From the IMG/VR virus record IMGVR_UViG_3300010998_000002, positions 1 through 64,000 of that record: DNA of 64,000 nucleotides, one strand, 5' to 3'. The position numbers and the translations under genes are program-made. The notes beneath the pieces are model-generated. The model worked only from the letters and a program-made list of their open reading frames with translations. It was not told where the DNA came from and made no database searches. Positions 8,548 to 18,832 of the stretch are shown here, in pieces. The DNA comes from a virus. Lineage: Duplodnaviria; Caudoviricetes. Every line of letters begins with the position of its first letter. Position 1 is the stretch's first letter.

Positions 8548-9015
8548 TTATTGTAATATATATACTTCTACTGTTTTTCTACCTAATTTTTTCGCTTGTT
8601 CATGGTCATTAACATAAACATCAATTCTTTTACCTTTTATTGCGCTTCCGGTATCTTCTGCAACAAAAAATCCTAATCCTTTTATATATACGATGCTATG
8701 TAAAGGAATAATGCTTGTATCAACTGCGATTGTACGATTGGCATGTGGTATATGTCCGGTGCTGGTGCGCACTTGCGATTTTTTCCCTACACAAATCGGA
8801 CAATCGCAATAAAATGTCGCCGTAAATTTGCCGGCAAATCGTTTATAAGGAATCGCATCACCACCAACAGCATGTAATTCATCAACCAATCGCATCATGT
8901 TATCTTGCTTTGCATTAACCTTATTTATGGATTTACAAATTCTATGCACTCCCAAACCGCCTAATGACAATAGCACAATAAGGCTTAAAATTTTTATTGT
9001 AATATATTGCTTCAT
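8548..9015 (-). CDS. membrane-anchored 3D (Asp-Asp-Asp) domain cell-wall hydrolase-like protein
   Basis: N-terminal TM helix; TATFYC, IAVD, AEDTGSAIKGKRIDVY motifs. Confidence 0.85.
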   Translation of the reverse strand: MKQYITIKILSLIVLLSLGGLGVHRICKSINKVNAKQDNMMRLVDELHAVGGDAIPYKRFAGKFTATFYCDCPICVGKKSQVRTSTGHIPHANRTIAVDTSIIPLHSIVYIKGLGFFVAEDTGSAIKGKRIDVYVNDHEQAKKLGRKTVEVYILQ

Positions 9016-9176
9016 TTCTTCCCTTTCTGATAGTTTGTATGTCTATTATACCAAACATTCGTAAAATGTCAATAGTAAAAAAATAACCTCTACAAATCCT
9101 TTATTTATAAGGATTTTTCTTACAACTTTTTCAAGATTTTTCAAAACTAAATATTCTTACAAAAATGACATGCCCA

Positions 9177-9518
9177 TTATGATTTTTTAGATTTGTCAAG
9201 TTTATCATTTTCTGCTTTATTTTCTAATAAAAAATTATAAAAATCTTCAATTTTTGAAATATCTCTTTTTGTACCATCGGCAAAGCCTACAACTTTTTCA
9301 ACATCCTCATAAATCCACCAATCAATCCATTCGCCTTTATCATTAAATACTTTGGCTAAAACTTTAACTAAAGTAGATTGCAAATCATCGCCGGCTGTAA
9401 CGAATGCCCATGAATCTGTGCATATTTCTTTTTCAATAAAATTCGTGCATCTATCCTGCCATTTTCTATGCTTATTAATGCTATCAACAGCCATTTTAAA
9501 CGTCTTTACGTCTATCAT
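9177..9518 (-). CDS. hypothetical phage protein
   Basis: start at MIDVK (GGAG SD); WIDWWIYE motif. Confidence 0.7.
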   Translation of the reverse strand: MIDVKTFKMAVDSINKHRKWQDRCTNFIEKEICTDSWAFVTAGDDLQSTLVKVLAKVFNDKGEWIDWWIYEDVEKVVGFADGTKRDISKIEDFYNFLLENKAENDKLDKSKKS

Positions 9519-9801
9519 ATTTCTTTCTCCCATATTTTCTTTTATTACTTTTTATATATTTTGAAAATGCTATATTTTTCATACTTTCGGTGCGAAATTG
9601 CGCAATAGTTTTTGTTCCAATATCTGATATTGGCTCATAATCCCAACCTATATACACCGGCACTTTATTTAATAAAAATTCATTAACAGTTTTTATATAT
9701 TTTTCATTGATAATCATAACAATTTGATTATGAAATCTACTATTAGGCAATGTAAAATATAAACCGAAAAATTTTTCTATATTGTCATTATTGATGTCCA
9801 T
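9496..9801 (-). CDS. hypothetical protein
   Basis: 101-aa ORF overlapping both neighbours. Confidence 0.6.
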   Translation of the reverse strand: MDINNDNIEKFFGLYFTLPNSRFHNQIVMIINEKYIKTVNEFLLNKVPVYIGWDYEPISDIGTKTIAQFRTESMKNIAFSKYIKSNKRKYGRKKYDRRKDV

Positions 9802-10082
9802 GTAGTTCCACCATGCTTATTTAACATTTGATGAATTAAATTAGAATCATAACTTGCACATGCGTATAATGGCTTGCTATATACTTTTATATACTTACCC
9901 TTATTTTGAAACATATCATTTATTTTATTAAGTAAATTTTGCCTATAGGCATCCGGCAATGGTTTTATAATACCAATACAATTAACATAACCACTAACAC
10001 CGGTTTGAGCAAAAATTACTTCGCTATGATTATTTAATTTTAAAAATTTTACATCACATTCTATTGTTATTTCCGTAGGCAT
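9777..10082 (-). CDS. hypothetical protein
   Basis: 101-aa ORF, GAGG SD. Confidence 0.65.
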   Translation of the reverse strand: MPTEITIECDVKFLKLNNHSEVIFAQTGVSGYVNCIGIIKPLPDAYRQNLLNKINDMFQNKGKYIKVYSKPLYACASYDSNLIHQMLNKHGGTTWTSIMTI

Positions 10083-10084
10083 AA

Positions 10085-10900
10085 TTAAACCTCAATATAA
10101 GCATTCGGATTATATGTTTTCCATGCATCAAATTGACTTCCCTGCTCGGATTCTCCCTTATAGCCAAATTGATTACAGATACATTTTACAGTACCATTTT
10201 TATATACCAAATCTTTATCTTTATTAACATGAGTATGTCCAAAAATCCAATATTCCGGATAATGTTTCAATCGGCATAAACTCTTATCAAGATTAATTCC
10301 AAAAGCATGGCTAATATCACTATGATATTCAAAATATGGCGCATGATGTGTAATAACAACGCATTTTCCATCAGTTTTATTTAATGTTGAACATATAAAT
10401 TTTCGTGCATTTTCGCATCGTTTAGCCATATCTACCGGTGTTATTAGTTGTTTTTTATTAGTTAATATATATCTAAAATCGTTTAAACTTCGTGCTATTT
10501 TCATCTGATAACCAGCATGCCCACCACATTTTGTCCACATTATAGCACCTATAAATGTAATGTTATCAATTACAACTTTACTTTTATTTAAGAAGTAATA
10601 ATTATCGTGAATATCTGCATATAACTTGCATGCCATATCAATTTCATTCATACTTCTATGTCTATCAACGCAAGAATAATATAAATGATTTCCAGGAATC
10701 TCAATAATTTTTAATTGTGGGTAATTCGCCATAATTAAATCTATAAACTTTAAATTTAATGGAAATTCTGCCGTATCTCCTGCAAGAATCAGCATATCCA
10801 TACCATCTAGGTTTAATTTTTCTAAAATTTCTTGTTCTGATACACCAAAATATTTTGTATTCAAATCAACATGTAAATCGCTTGCATATCTAATTTTCAT
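10085..10900 (-). CDS. calcineurin-like metallophosphoesterase
   Basis: SDLH, AGD, PGNH, THH, FGHTH motifs; start at MKIRYAS after AGGAG. Confidence 0.9.
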   Translation of the reverse strand: MKIRYASDLHVDLNTKYFGVSEQEILEKLNLDGMDMLILAGDTAEFPLNLKFIDLIMANYPQLKIIEIPGNHLYYSCVDRHRSMNEIDMACKLYADIHDNYYFLNKSKVVIDNITFIGAIMWTKCGGHAGYQMKIARSLNDFRYILTNKKQLITPVDMAKRCENARKFICSTLNKTDGKCVVITHHAPYFEYHSDISHAFGINLDKSLCRLKHYPEYWIFGHTHVNKDKDLVYKNGTVKCICNQFGYKGESEQGSQFDAWKTYNPNAYIEV

Positions 10901-10901
10901 T

Positions 10902-11165
10902 TTATCTCCTATGCTTATGCCATATATCCGTAAATCTCGTAACTTCTCCCCTGCATTGTAACATTTTTTCTTGTAATTTATCATCTGTTTTATCATGGCA
11001 ATATTCATACCCATTATTATAACAAATTTCTTGCTCATATTTACTTCGCAAAATATTATATCTATCAATAATTGTGTTAATTCTCGGCGGAACACCATTA
11101 AAAACACAAACTATCCGTTCATCACAAAAATTATTTTCCGGTATTGCCAAACAATCAAATCTCAT
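10902..11165 (-). CDS. hypothetical Cys-containing protein
   Basis: 87-aa ORF with ATGA overlap to the upstream gene. Confidence 0.6.
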   Translation of the reverse strand: MRFDCLAIPENNFCDERIVCVFNGVPPRINTIIDRYNILRSKYEQEICYNNGYEYCHDKTDDKLQEKMLQCRGEVTRFTDIWHKHRR

Positions 11166-11479
11166 ATCACACCATTTATTGCCTGTATCATTCTTCGCAT
11201 TATTTTTGGATTGCCATTTAGGTCTAAAACATCATCAGCATCTACAACCTTACAACACATATCCCAACCACTTATTCTACTTTGAACCTTAACCGCATCC
11301 CAACTTTCTGTACTTTTAATAAAACCAATGACTAAATTAAATTTACCCTGTTTTTTAATTATTGCGTAAATATGTTCGTGCATCATTCTTTCTTGAAATG
11401 CTTTAGCAAATTGTGATATTTCTTGTTCAAATTGCCGTTCATACATTTCTGATACTTTACTCTTTTTTCTTCCAAACAT
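11162..11479 (-). CDS. hypothetical protein
   Basis: 105-aa ORF, translationally coupled. Confidence 0.7.
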   Translation of the reverse strand: MFGRKKSKVSEMYERQFEQEISQFAKAFQERMMHEHIYAIIKKQGKFNLVIGFIKSTESWDAVKVQSRISGWDMCCKVVDADDVLDLNGNPKIMRRMIQAINGVI

Positions 11480-11910
11480 TAATTTTCTCTACATTTTTCA
11501 CATAATCTATTTTCATCTAATTCAATTAAAGGTTTCATTTTTTTACATTTTTTACAGGCATATTTATCACAATAAATGCAAGTATCACCTTTAGCATTTG
11601 TTATATTTTCTTTTAAAACAATATGCTTACATCCATCACATTGCTTAACAATTCCGTTTAAATTATCAACTATAGGTCTAATATTCGTTAATGCTAAAAA
11701 TTCATCGGACTTCCGGTCAATATATGTTTTAAAATCAATACCGCTTATATTATATTCAAATAATAAATATTGTGCTTTGCTACCATTTTGAAATTTACCG
11801 ACTTTTTCCGATATTGCTAGTTTATCTTTTTTATCATTTTCAAAAAAGAATACATTGGCATCTTGTAACGCTTTTCCATAAGTAAAAACAAAATTTTCAA
11901 ATCCATTCAT
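11479..11910 (-). CDS. hypothetical zinc-finger protein
   Basis: four CxxC pairs in the C-terminal part. Confidence 0.7.
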   Translation of the reverse strand: MNGFENFVFTYGKALQDANVFFFENDKKDKLAISEKVGKFQNGSKAQYLLFEYNISGIDFKTYIDRKSDEFLALTNIRPIVDNLNGIVKQCDGCKHIVLKENITNAKGDTCIYCDKYACKKCKKMKPLIELDENRLCEKCREN

Positions 11911-11912
11911 AC

Positions 11913-12530
11913 TTATACCTCAACCAATTCTTCATTTAACATAGCATCTTCAATAAAATCATCGGATAATTCATCACTATCAAGCGATACAAATTCACCG
12001 TTTTTAATTGCGGTAATTTTATCATTATATCTTAAACACGCCGTCAAATCTTTTTCCATTTCAAATAATTCATTATTTAGAATATTAAGTTTTTTAATTT
12101 TTGCCAATTGAATTAATAAATTTACGGCATTTAGATATTTTGGCTTTGCAAAATCTTCAACATAATCAATAGCATCTTCAACATAAGTTTCTGTTAATTT
12201 ATCTCTCGTATTCCTTAATTCAATACCGACTAAAACTTCTCCGGCATTTCTCACGCCTTCAATAATTTTATCAACAAAAAATTCTCTGTCTTTTTGCTCC
12301 ACATCAAAAGAATATAGATAATTTGTGCTATTTTCGGCATCATTACCATTAGTTTTAACTTTAACGGTAAATTCTTTAACTAATTTTGCAACGTCTGACA
12401 AAAAGTCATTTGATTCTTTGGCATTATAATCTTCGGCTACTTCAATAAAAGTTTTTAATCTTTCAAAAAATGAAATATATCTGTCATTTCTTCTTAAAAT
12501 AAACTCTTTTAAATCTGCCTGTTGTGTCAT
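11913..12530 (-). CDS. hypothetical protein
   Basis: 205-aa ORF, GAGAGG SD, upstream TACTCTTGACA promoter. Confidence 0.75.
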   Translation of the reverse strand: MTQQADLKEFILRRNDRYISFFERLKTFIEVAEDYNAKESNDFLSDVAKLVKEFTVKVKTNGNDAENSTNYLYSFDVEQKDREFFVDKIIEGVRNAGEVLVGIELRNTRDKLTETYVEDAIDYVEDFAKPKYLNAVNLLIQLAKIKKLNILNNELFEMEKDLTACLRYNDKITAIKNGEFVSLDSDELSDDFIEDAMLNEELVEV

Positions 12531-12601
12531 AAAATCCTCTCTTTCTATGTCTTATCTATTACTATTACATTATACTAAAAATTCCATGCTCTGTCAAGAG
12601 T

Positions 12602-12637
12602 AAAAAGAAAAGCCGACTATACTCGCAATAATCGGCT
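12602..12637 (-). terminator. intrinsic terminator
   Basis: AGCCGA...TCGGCT hairpin with T-tract. Confidence 0.6.
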
Positions 12638-12662
12638 AAAAGGACATAGATGTTTCAAAAAT

Positions 12663-13058
12663 CTATGAGATAACAATTTTTATTTTTGCTTTTTCTTCCG
12701 GCACTAATACTGCCAAAAGGTCAGAATCTTCTTCTCTAATTGCTTTTTTGGCTTGTTTGTTTAATTTTAAATCCGGTATAAAATAAGTTTCAATAAAATC
12801 ATCAGATACTTTATCCGGTTTTTTAGATTTAACTTCGGTTTCTTCTTTTAAACCATCTGCAACACTCCATTTTGTACTTGTTTCCTTCAAAACAATACCT
12901 TCCGGAAATTCAAACATTGTAACAATATTCGGATTTTCTTCAAAAATTGTTAGCAATTCTTCTTTAAGTGCTTTTTGGTCATCTACTGATGTCTTTCTAG
13001 TTTTTTCAAGTTCTAGCAACTTTTTAGCAATCTCTTTTGCTTCTTCAAGTTTACTCAT
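12663..13058 (-). CDS. hypothetical protein
   Basis: 131-aa ORF, GAGGAG SD. Confidence 0.75.
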   Translation of the reverse strand: MSKLEEAKEIAKKLLELEKTRKTSVDDQKALKEELLTIFEENPNIVTMFEFPEGIVLKETSTKWSVADGLKEETEVKSKKPDKVSDDFIETYFIPDLKLNKQAKKAIREEDSDLLAVLVPEEKAKIKIVIS

Positions 13059-13070
13059 TTTCTTCTCCTC

Positions 13071-13340
13071 TTAACGTGTTTGTTTCATTGCTCTTTGAAA
13101 CATTGATTCGCTACATTTATAAAGTGTGTCGCCACATTCATAACTAATTAAATGAATTTTTTGTGCTTTATCTTCCGGATTATAACCAACTTCATACGTC
13201 TTAACTAATTTTACATCTCCTTTTTGTTTAATTTGTTTTAATAAATTTAAAACATAATAAGCATGCTCTTTTCTTATAATATTTGAAAAAGTTAGCCATC
13301 CAATTAATTTATCATTTTTCACAATTCCAAAATTAGGCAT
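13071..13340 (-). CDS. hypothetical protein
   Basis: 89-aa coupled ORF. Confidence 0.65.
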   Translation of the reverse strand: MPNFGIVKNDKLIGWLTFSNIIRKEHAYYVLNLLKQIKQKGDVKLVKTYEVGYNPEDKAQKIHLISYECGDTLYKCSESMFQRAMKQTR

Positions 13341-13854
13341 CTTCTTCGTCTATATCCTCATTAATACCACATTCTTTACAACCATCCCATAATAATTCTG
13401 TAGGTCTATTAAAACTAAAATCACCCTTACCTAAATAATAACAATAACCACAAGATTGATAACCAAATAAAAATCTTGCTAATTCACTTCTATCACCATA
13501 AGGACAATCCTCACAATAAAAAGTATTTTCTGGTATATTTAACATTGCATCTGATTTATCGTGATTTTCACCGCCACCACCAACATCTGCTGTATCTAAA
13601 TCATATCTAAAATCCTTATCAGCAACTAATTTTAATTCCATTTCGGCTTCGCATAATGATTTTAAAATCCATTCAATTAATGGATGCTTGCTATAAAAAG
13701 CATATAATCCATTAGCAAATATTATACCCAACCATTTTTTTAAATTCTGTGTGGTAAATCCGCATAAAGTAACATATTCAACCTCATATTTATCAATATG
13801 TCTTACGATATTTTCGGCTACTATTTTATTAATAAATTTATTATTTATTTTCAT
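13333..13854 (-). CDS. hypothetical Cys-rich phage protein
   Basis: CEDCPY, CGYCYY, WDGCKECG motifs. Confidence 0.7.
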   Translation of the reverse strand: MKINNKFINKIVAENIVRHIDKYEVEYVTLCGFTTQNLKKWLGIIFANGLYAFYSKHPLIEWILKSLCEAEMELKLVADKDFRYDLDTADVGGGGENHDKSDAMLNIPENTFYCEDCPYGDRSELARFLFGYQSCGYCYYLGKGDFSFNRPTELLWDGCKECGINEDIDEEDA

Positions 13855-14075
13855 ATTGTTACACCTATTTCATCTAATTTTTTCTTCATTGCACCACTAA
13901 TACGATAAGCATGAAATTTTTGTTTATAAAAATCATCCTCTATTAAATTTAATTTTCCTGCTTTTTGTAATAAATGCCATCTTGCATTATATTGTAATTT
14001 TGTTTTATTTATAACACATACAACACTAGCACCGCTATAAAAAATATAATAATTATCTTTATTATTGATAGACAT
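13851..14075 (-). CDS. hypothetical protein
   Basis: 74-aa coupled ORF. Confidence 0.6.
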   Translation of the reverse strand: MSINNKDNYYIFYSGASVVCVINKTKLQYNARWHLLQKAGKLNLIEDDFYKQKFHAYRISGAMKKKLDEIGVTI

Positions 14076-14289
14076 AAATCCCCTTACCGCTATTAAATTT
14101 TTTTGCTAATTCTTTTGATATAGTTTTGTTTACTATAAGTTTTACTCCATATTTTTCAGCCTTATATAATCTATCTCTATATGCAATATTTTCAAGCCTA
14201 GAAAATAATGGATGTGTTTTATCACATAATAAAACAATTTTTCTATTTTTACATAATGCTAAATATCTATTATAAATATAATCACTCAT
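14062..14289 (-). CDS. hypothetical protein
   Basis: 75-aa coupled ORF. Confidence 0.6.
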   Translation of the reverse strand: MSDYIYNRYLALCKNRKIVLLCDKTHPLFSRLENIAYRDRLYKAEKYGVKLIVNKTISKELAKKFNSGKGIYVYQ

Positions 14290-14527
14290 ATATCACCTTA
14301 TCTATTGCTATTGATTGTGCTATTCTAGGAGATGGTAACGGCAATGGCTGTTTCATATATTCCGTTCTGTCTATTAAATTGCGTTTTCGGATTGCATTAA
14401 AAACATTTATGATATTTCTCGCATTTTTAGGAAAATCATTAATAATTTTCATATCTAATACGCATACTACCTTATTGTTATTATAAAATATTTCTAAATT
14501 CTCTTTAGTTCTTGCCCAAACAGACAT
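14282..14527 (-). CDS. hypothetical protein
   Basis: 81-aa coupled ORF. Confidence 0.6.
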   Translation of the reverse strand: MSVWARTKENLEIFYNNNKVVCVLDMKIINDFPKNARNIINVFNAIRKRNLIDRTEYMKQPLPLPSPRIAQSIAIDKVIYE

Positions 14528-15327
14528 TATTCTTCCCTCTTTTCGTGATTTAATGCCAAAAATTTATCAAATAATTCAATAATATATTTTTTAGTTTCTG
14601 ATTCATTCCAATAATTACATCCTTCATTATTTAAACCGTTGAAATGAATAATATCTTTTGACATAACAACTTCATCAAGCGCTATCGGTTGCCCATAACC
14701 ACCAAAACTGCAATCTGCATTATGTGTTTCTTGTTCTAAAAATGCAAAACCAAAACGGCGCAATAAACTAGGACTACATAAAGCATAACTCAAACTTTGT
14801 ATATCTAAAGGATTGCTAGGAATTTTAATAAAACAAAAATATTGCTCACCATTAAAACGAATACCTAAATAAAGATTTATTTTAACAATATAACCCTGTT
14901 TTTTAAGCATTTGAATTAATGACATTATACCAGCACCACGATTTTCAATTTGTTCCGGTGTATATGTCCAACTTTGTGTGCAATTAACCATAATTTTTAC
15001 AACTCTTTTAGGTTTATAGTCAAACTGTTCTGCTATCCAGCATTCTGGCTCACCATTTAGATATGTTCCAACATCAACACATAAGCCTGTTTCTTGCATT
15101 CCAAAGCCTTTTGTTTTAACATGCTCCAATAATGCCATTGTACCCATTATTTTTTCTATTTTTGTTTGATTTTTAATACCATATTTAGCAATTTTTAAAG
15201 CATCTTCCCAACTTTCACGACAATAATTATATTCGCCATTATAAGTTTTGCTATAATGATATTTTGGAGTTATAGAATCCATATCATTTATAAATTGTCT
15301 AAATCTAAAAGTTTTCATTACTGTCAT
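14527..15327 (-). CDS. vWA-like partner of MoxR/CbbQ-type AAA+ ATPase
   Basis: DVGTYLNGEPECW, NRG, LCSPSLLRRFGF, GYGQP motifs; coupled to the AAA ATPase. Confidence 0.65.
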   Translation of the reverse strand: MTVMKTFRFRQFINDMDSITPKYHYSKTYNGEYNYCRESWEDALKIAKYGIKNQTKIEKIMGTMALLEHVKTKGFGMQETGLCVDVGTYLNGEPECWIAEQFDYKPKRVVKIMVNCTQSWTYTPEQIENRGAGIMSLIQMLKKQGYIVKINLYLGIRFNGEQYFCFIKIPSNPLDIQSLSYALCSPSLLRRFGFAFLEQETHNADCSFGGYGQPIALDEVVMSKDIIHFNGLNNEGCNYWNESETKKYIIELFDKFLALNHEKREE

Positions 15328-16262
15328 TAGTGCAACCCTAACTCTTGTTTAATAATATCCATTAATTGAAAATTATCTGCTTTTGCATAATCCATATCTA
15401 TCCAACAGCCTATATTACCTTCATCATCTTTCATAACATATAAACCATCTTCAAGTGTATAACCATTACTACTGTCTGATTGGTATTCTCTATCATGTTC
15501 GGATTGATAACCCATTTTCGCTTTAATGGTTTCAACCATATCTTCATCAATACCCTTATAGATAACCATATCTTCCACTTCGGATTGTGAAAATCCTGCA
15601 TCTAACAAATCAGCACCATCTAACATTGCCCTGCTACCAATAACAATTTCATCTTTAGATACTTCTTCCACAACTTCTCTAAATTTAAGAACACGATTAT
15701 ACCAATCTTCATTATCAGTTAGTGCTTTTTCTAAATCTGGGTCTATATCAATTTTAATAAATATAAATCTATCAAGTGTTGAAGCATCTAATCTTTGTGA
15801 TTTCGTGTAAATAATTTCACTACCCCTACCATTAGAGTTCATTGCACAGATACACTTAAAATCTTCATGTTTTTCAACTATTCCATCCGGAAAATAATAT
15901 TGCCCATTAGCAAGAATATTATTGATAATACTTAAAACATTTGGATTGCTTGCATCCATTTCATCAAGCAAAACTAACCCCCCTTTTTCATAGGCTTCAC
16001 GAATTGCCGTACTTCTATAATTACCACCGGCATCAATAAAACCTATTAGGTCAGATTTTGTTGTATGTGAGCATAATGCAAACGGATAAAAATCTAATCC
16101 TAGTTTATCTGCAATTTGAGAACATAATGTTGTCTTACCTGTACCTATCGGGCCGGATAACATAATATTCTTACTGTTTCTTTTTGCACAATCCATTGCC
16201 TTAACAATCGTATCAATTTTGTTGTGCTTTAATTTAAAATCTTTTCTTTGTTCTACACCCAT
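15327..16262 (-). CDS. MoxR/CbbQ/CobS-type AAA+ ATPase
   Basis: Walker A GPIGTGKT, Walker B LLDEMD, LDASTLDRF arginine finger. Confidence 0.9.
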   Translation of the reverse strand: MGVEQRKDFKLKHNKIDTIVKAMDCAKRNSKNIMLSGPIGTGKTTLCSQIADKLGLDFYPFALCSHTTKSDLIGFIDAGGNYRSTAIREAYEKGGLVLLDEMDASNPNVLSIINNILANGQYYFPDGIVEKHEDFKCICAMNSNGRGSEIIYTKSQRLDASTLDRFIFIKIDIDPDLEKALTDNEDWYNRVLKFREVVEEVSKDEIVIGSRAMLDGADLLDAGFSQSEVEDMVIYKGIDEDMVETIKAKMGYQSEHDREYQSDSSNGYTLEDGLYVMKDDEGNIGCWIDMDYAKADNFQLMDIIKQELGLH

Positions 16263-16282
16263 AATGTCCTCTTTCTTTTTTA

Positions 16283-16732
16283 TTAAAAATCACTATCATC
16301 TATTCTAAACATATCTTCAATAAATTTTTTAGATATTTCTTTATTTTTATCTGTTTTAGTGCTTACACCACCATTACCTGTTTGTTTGTCTTTTGATGCT
16401 TTACCTTCCTGTTTTTCTTCATTGCCTTCGCCACCTTCTCCACTTCCTTCTTGTTTTTGCACCTGTGGTGGATTAAATTGCAATTCTAAAATGGCTCTTG
16501 CATATCGTTCATATAAATCGTTCTCTTGCATATAAGATAATACACGCTCATAAACATCTTTTTCGCCATAAACTTCTACTAAAGCACCCATAACAGCAAC
16601 TTCAACCATTTCTTTTGTATCTTCCGACCATTGCATATTTGCCATTCTGATTTTACCAACAGCCATATTATACATTAAAAAGGTTTCAGAATTACTATCT
16701 GTATTGTTATCTTTTTTGTCCTCTAAACTCAT
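16283..16732 (-). CDS. hypothetical protein with Gly/Glu-rich linker
   Basis: start at MSLED; the ORF-track start lies inside the promoter. Confidence 0.7.
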   Translation of the reverse strand: MSLEDKKDNNTDSNSETFLMYNMAVGKIRMANMQWSEDTKEMVEVAVMGALVEVYGEKDVYERVLSYMQENDLYERYARAILELQFNPPQVQKQEGSGEGGEGNEEKQEGKASKDKQTGNGGVSTKTDKNKEISKKFIEDMFRIDDSDF

Positions 16733-16800
16733 CTCTTGCCCTTTCACAATTTTAATATTATCATATACTACAAATAATGTCAAGAGTAAATATTAAAATT

Positions 16801-17208
16801 TTAAATTGCCCAATCGCCCCAATGCCAATCATCAAATTTTTTACCCAATTTCTTTTTTAATTTTTCCGTTCTATCTCTAACTTCTTTTTCTATTTCACTA
16901 AATTTTTTCATTTCAGAATCGGTAAAATCCATATATGGTATAGGTGGCATTGGTGGAAGTTTAAAATCTGGATATTCTTTTTTAATAATTCTACGAACTT
17001 CACTTAATATCACCGGCATAAATTTACTACCTGTCAATTTTTTCAATGATTCAGCATCACTACCTTCAAGAAGTTTTAATCCTACAGGTATTCGCAATGT
17101 TCTTTCGGTTAAATTTCTTATAACACCAACTAAATTCCCATTATTTTCTACTACAATATAAATTGTCATAGATTTTAATTTCCATGATTGACATGCTATC
17201 ATTGTCAT
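16801..17208 (-). CDS. hypothetical protein
   Basis: 135-aa ORF coupled to the DNA ligase. Confidence 0.7.
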   Translation of the reverse strand: MTMIACQSWKLKSMTIYIVVENNGNLVGVIRNLTERTLRIPVGLKLLEGSDAESLKKLTGSKFMPVILSEVRRIIKKEYPDFKLPPMPPIPYMDFTDSEMKKFSEIEKEVRDRTEKLKKKLGKKFDDWHWGDWAI

Positions 17209-18542
17209 TAATCAATCCTCATAACTTCAATATTATCTTTTCTAAAGGCTTTAAATACCGGAAATCTTAAAGAGTTATTACCGTTTTTATCTTTAGTTTT
17301 TTCAAAATATTGAACCTTTAATTTATAGCCAGAATTTAATATTTTATCTTGATTTTGCCATACATAATCTCTATCATCACTACTAAAGCCACTTCCAACT
17401 TCAACATTTTCACCTGTAGGTAATTGAATAGTAATTGCACCCAAAGTACCTTCAAATTTTCCTGTACCTTTAGTAAATCCGATAATATCAAATTCATCAT
17501 CTAACATTTTTTTAAGTTTTAATAAACTCATTGTACGCTTATATTCATAAGGATGGCTACCATTTCTAACCATCAATCCTTCCCAACCATTTTTATCTCT
17601 TAATTCGGCTAATTTTTTAATATCTGTGTCTTGTCTTGCTATATAAATATTATTTAATTTTGTGCCGATAAGAGAATAGCATGGCGTTTGTTTACCCAAA
17701 TCTGCAAAATTTTTAATTAACCATTCATATTCTTGCTCAAAATTTACAAAAGGTATTTTATTAACAAAATTTTCTTTTGGCAATACATCAAAAATAACAT
17801 AACAAATATTTTTACATTCTTCACTTCTTTCATCTTTTGAAGTTAAAGAAATACCCTTTTGAAAATCCTCTTTACCACTTTCATCAAAATATAAACATTC
17901 ACCATCTAAAACAATATCATTAATACCTTTAACCGTTGATAATTCATTAATAATATGTTGAATCGGCGCTAATGAACATTTTTTATTAGTACGGCTATAT
18001 GGCTCACAATCCATTATATATTGTCTTTTACCATCAAACTTACGACTATAATATGGATTATCAAAATTTTTACCGGTAAATTTATTTGCTAATTGTACTT
18101 GCAAATCATTACAAAAATCACTCCATACTTTTAAAAATAATTTTACATTCATATTTATTCTTAAATCTTTTAATAAAATTCCTTTTAATAACGATTTACT
18201 TTTTGGCTCACAATACAAAAAGTATGTGTTGTAAAGGCTCTCTATGTCTGCTTCTTTTACACCTTTCTTTTTTGCGAGGTCATCTAATAAATTTTTATAC
18301 CTTTCCCATACATCTTTATCAATTACTTCAATATCTCTTGAATTTACATCGGCAGTTCTTATAACCTTTCCAGAAGCCTTATCTAGTTTGGCTTCGTTGA
18401 TATTATATTTTAAGTCCGGATTATATGTATAATATAATACTTCCTTCAATATTTGATTATCTTTATACTTTCTTAAATAATCTAATTGTGCATTACCGGA
18501 TAAATTTCTTAAATTTTCTAAAATTTCAATTACTTCTTTCAT
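17208..18542 (-). CDS. lig: ATP-dependent DNA ligase
   Basis: motif I KFDG, LDGE, FD, EGLM, LLKLK, C-terminal OB fold (VGSGFS, LRFPVF). Confidence 0.95.
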   Translation of the reverse strand: MKEVIEILENLRNLSGNAQLDYLRKYKDNQILKEVLYYTYNPDLKYNINEAKLDKASGKVIRTADVNSRDIEVIDKDVWERYKNLLDDLAKKKGVKEADIESLYNTYFLYCEPKSKSLLKGILLKDLRINMNVKLFLKVWSDFCNDLQVQLANKFTGKNFDNPYYSRKFDGKRQYIMDCEPYSRTNKKCSLAPIQHIINELSTVKGINDIVLDGECLYFDESGKEDFQKGISLTSKDERSEECKNICYVIFDVLPKENFVNKIPFVNFEQEYEWLIKNFADLGKQTPCYSLIGTKLNNIYIARQDTDIKKLAELRDKNGWEGLMVRNGSHPYEYKRTMSLLKLKKMLDDEFDIIGFTKGTGKFEGTLGAITIQLPTGENVEVGSGFSSDDRDYVWQNQDKILNSGYKLKVQYFEKTKDKNGNNSLRFPVFKAFRKDNIEVMRID

Positions 18543-18832
18543 TATATACCTAACCTCAATTTTTCTATTTGTCTGTAAATTTCATGCGATAAACCGACAT
18601 TATACATTTGTTTCCAATTTCTATCTATAATCGTCATATATGTAGGACTTATATTTGCTATTCCATTTAATTCTACAAAAATATATTTTGACTCTCCTGC
18701 TTTCCCTGTTGGCTGAATTATATTAACTAATTGTTGATATGTAGCACGATTATATGCAAAATTTTTAAAAACTCCGCAACAAATATAACCTTTTAATGAA
18801 TTTGTCCATTTAATTAATGCCATATCATTCAT
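18542..18832 (-). CDS. hypothetical protein
   Basis: 96-aa coupled ORF. Confidence 0.65.
   Translation of the reverse strand: MNDMALIKWTNSLKGYICCGVFKNFAYNRATYQQLVNIIQPTGKAGESKYIFVELNGIANISPTYMTIIDRNWKQMYNVGLSHEIYRQIEKLRLGI

Noticed and set aside
10900-11107. N-terminal extension of the phosphoesterase ORF to 11107
   Set aside because: The domain starts at MKIRYASDLH with its own AGGAG; the extension overlaps the coupled gene 10902-11165.
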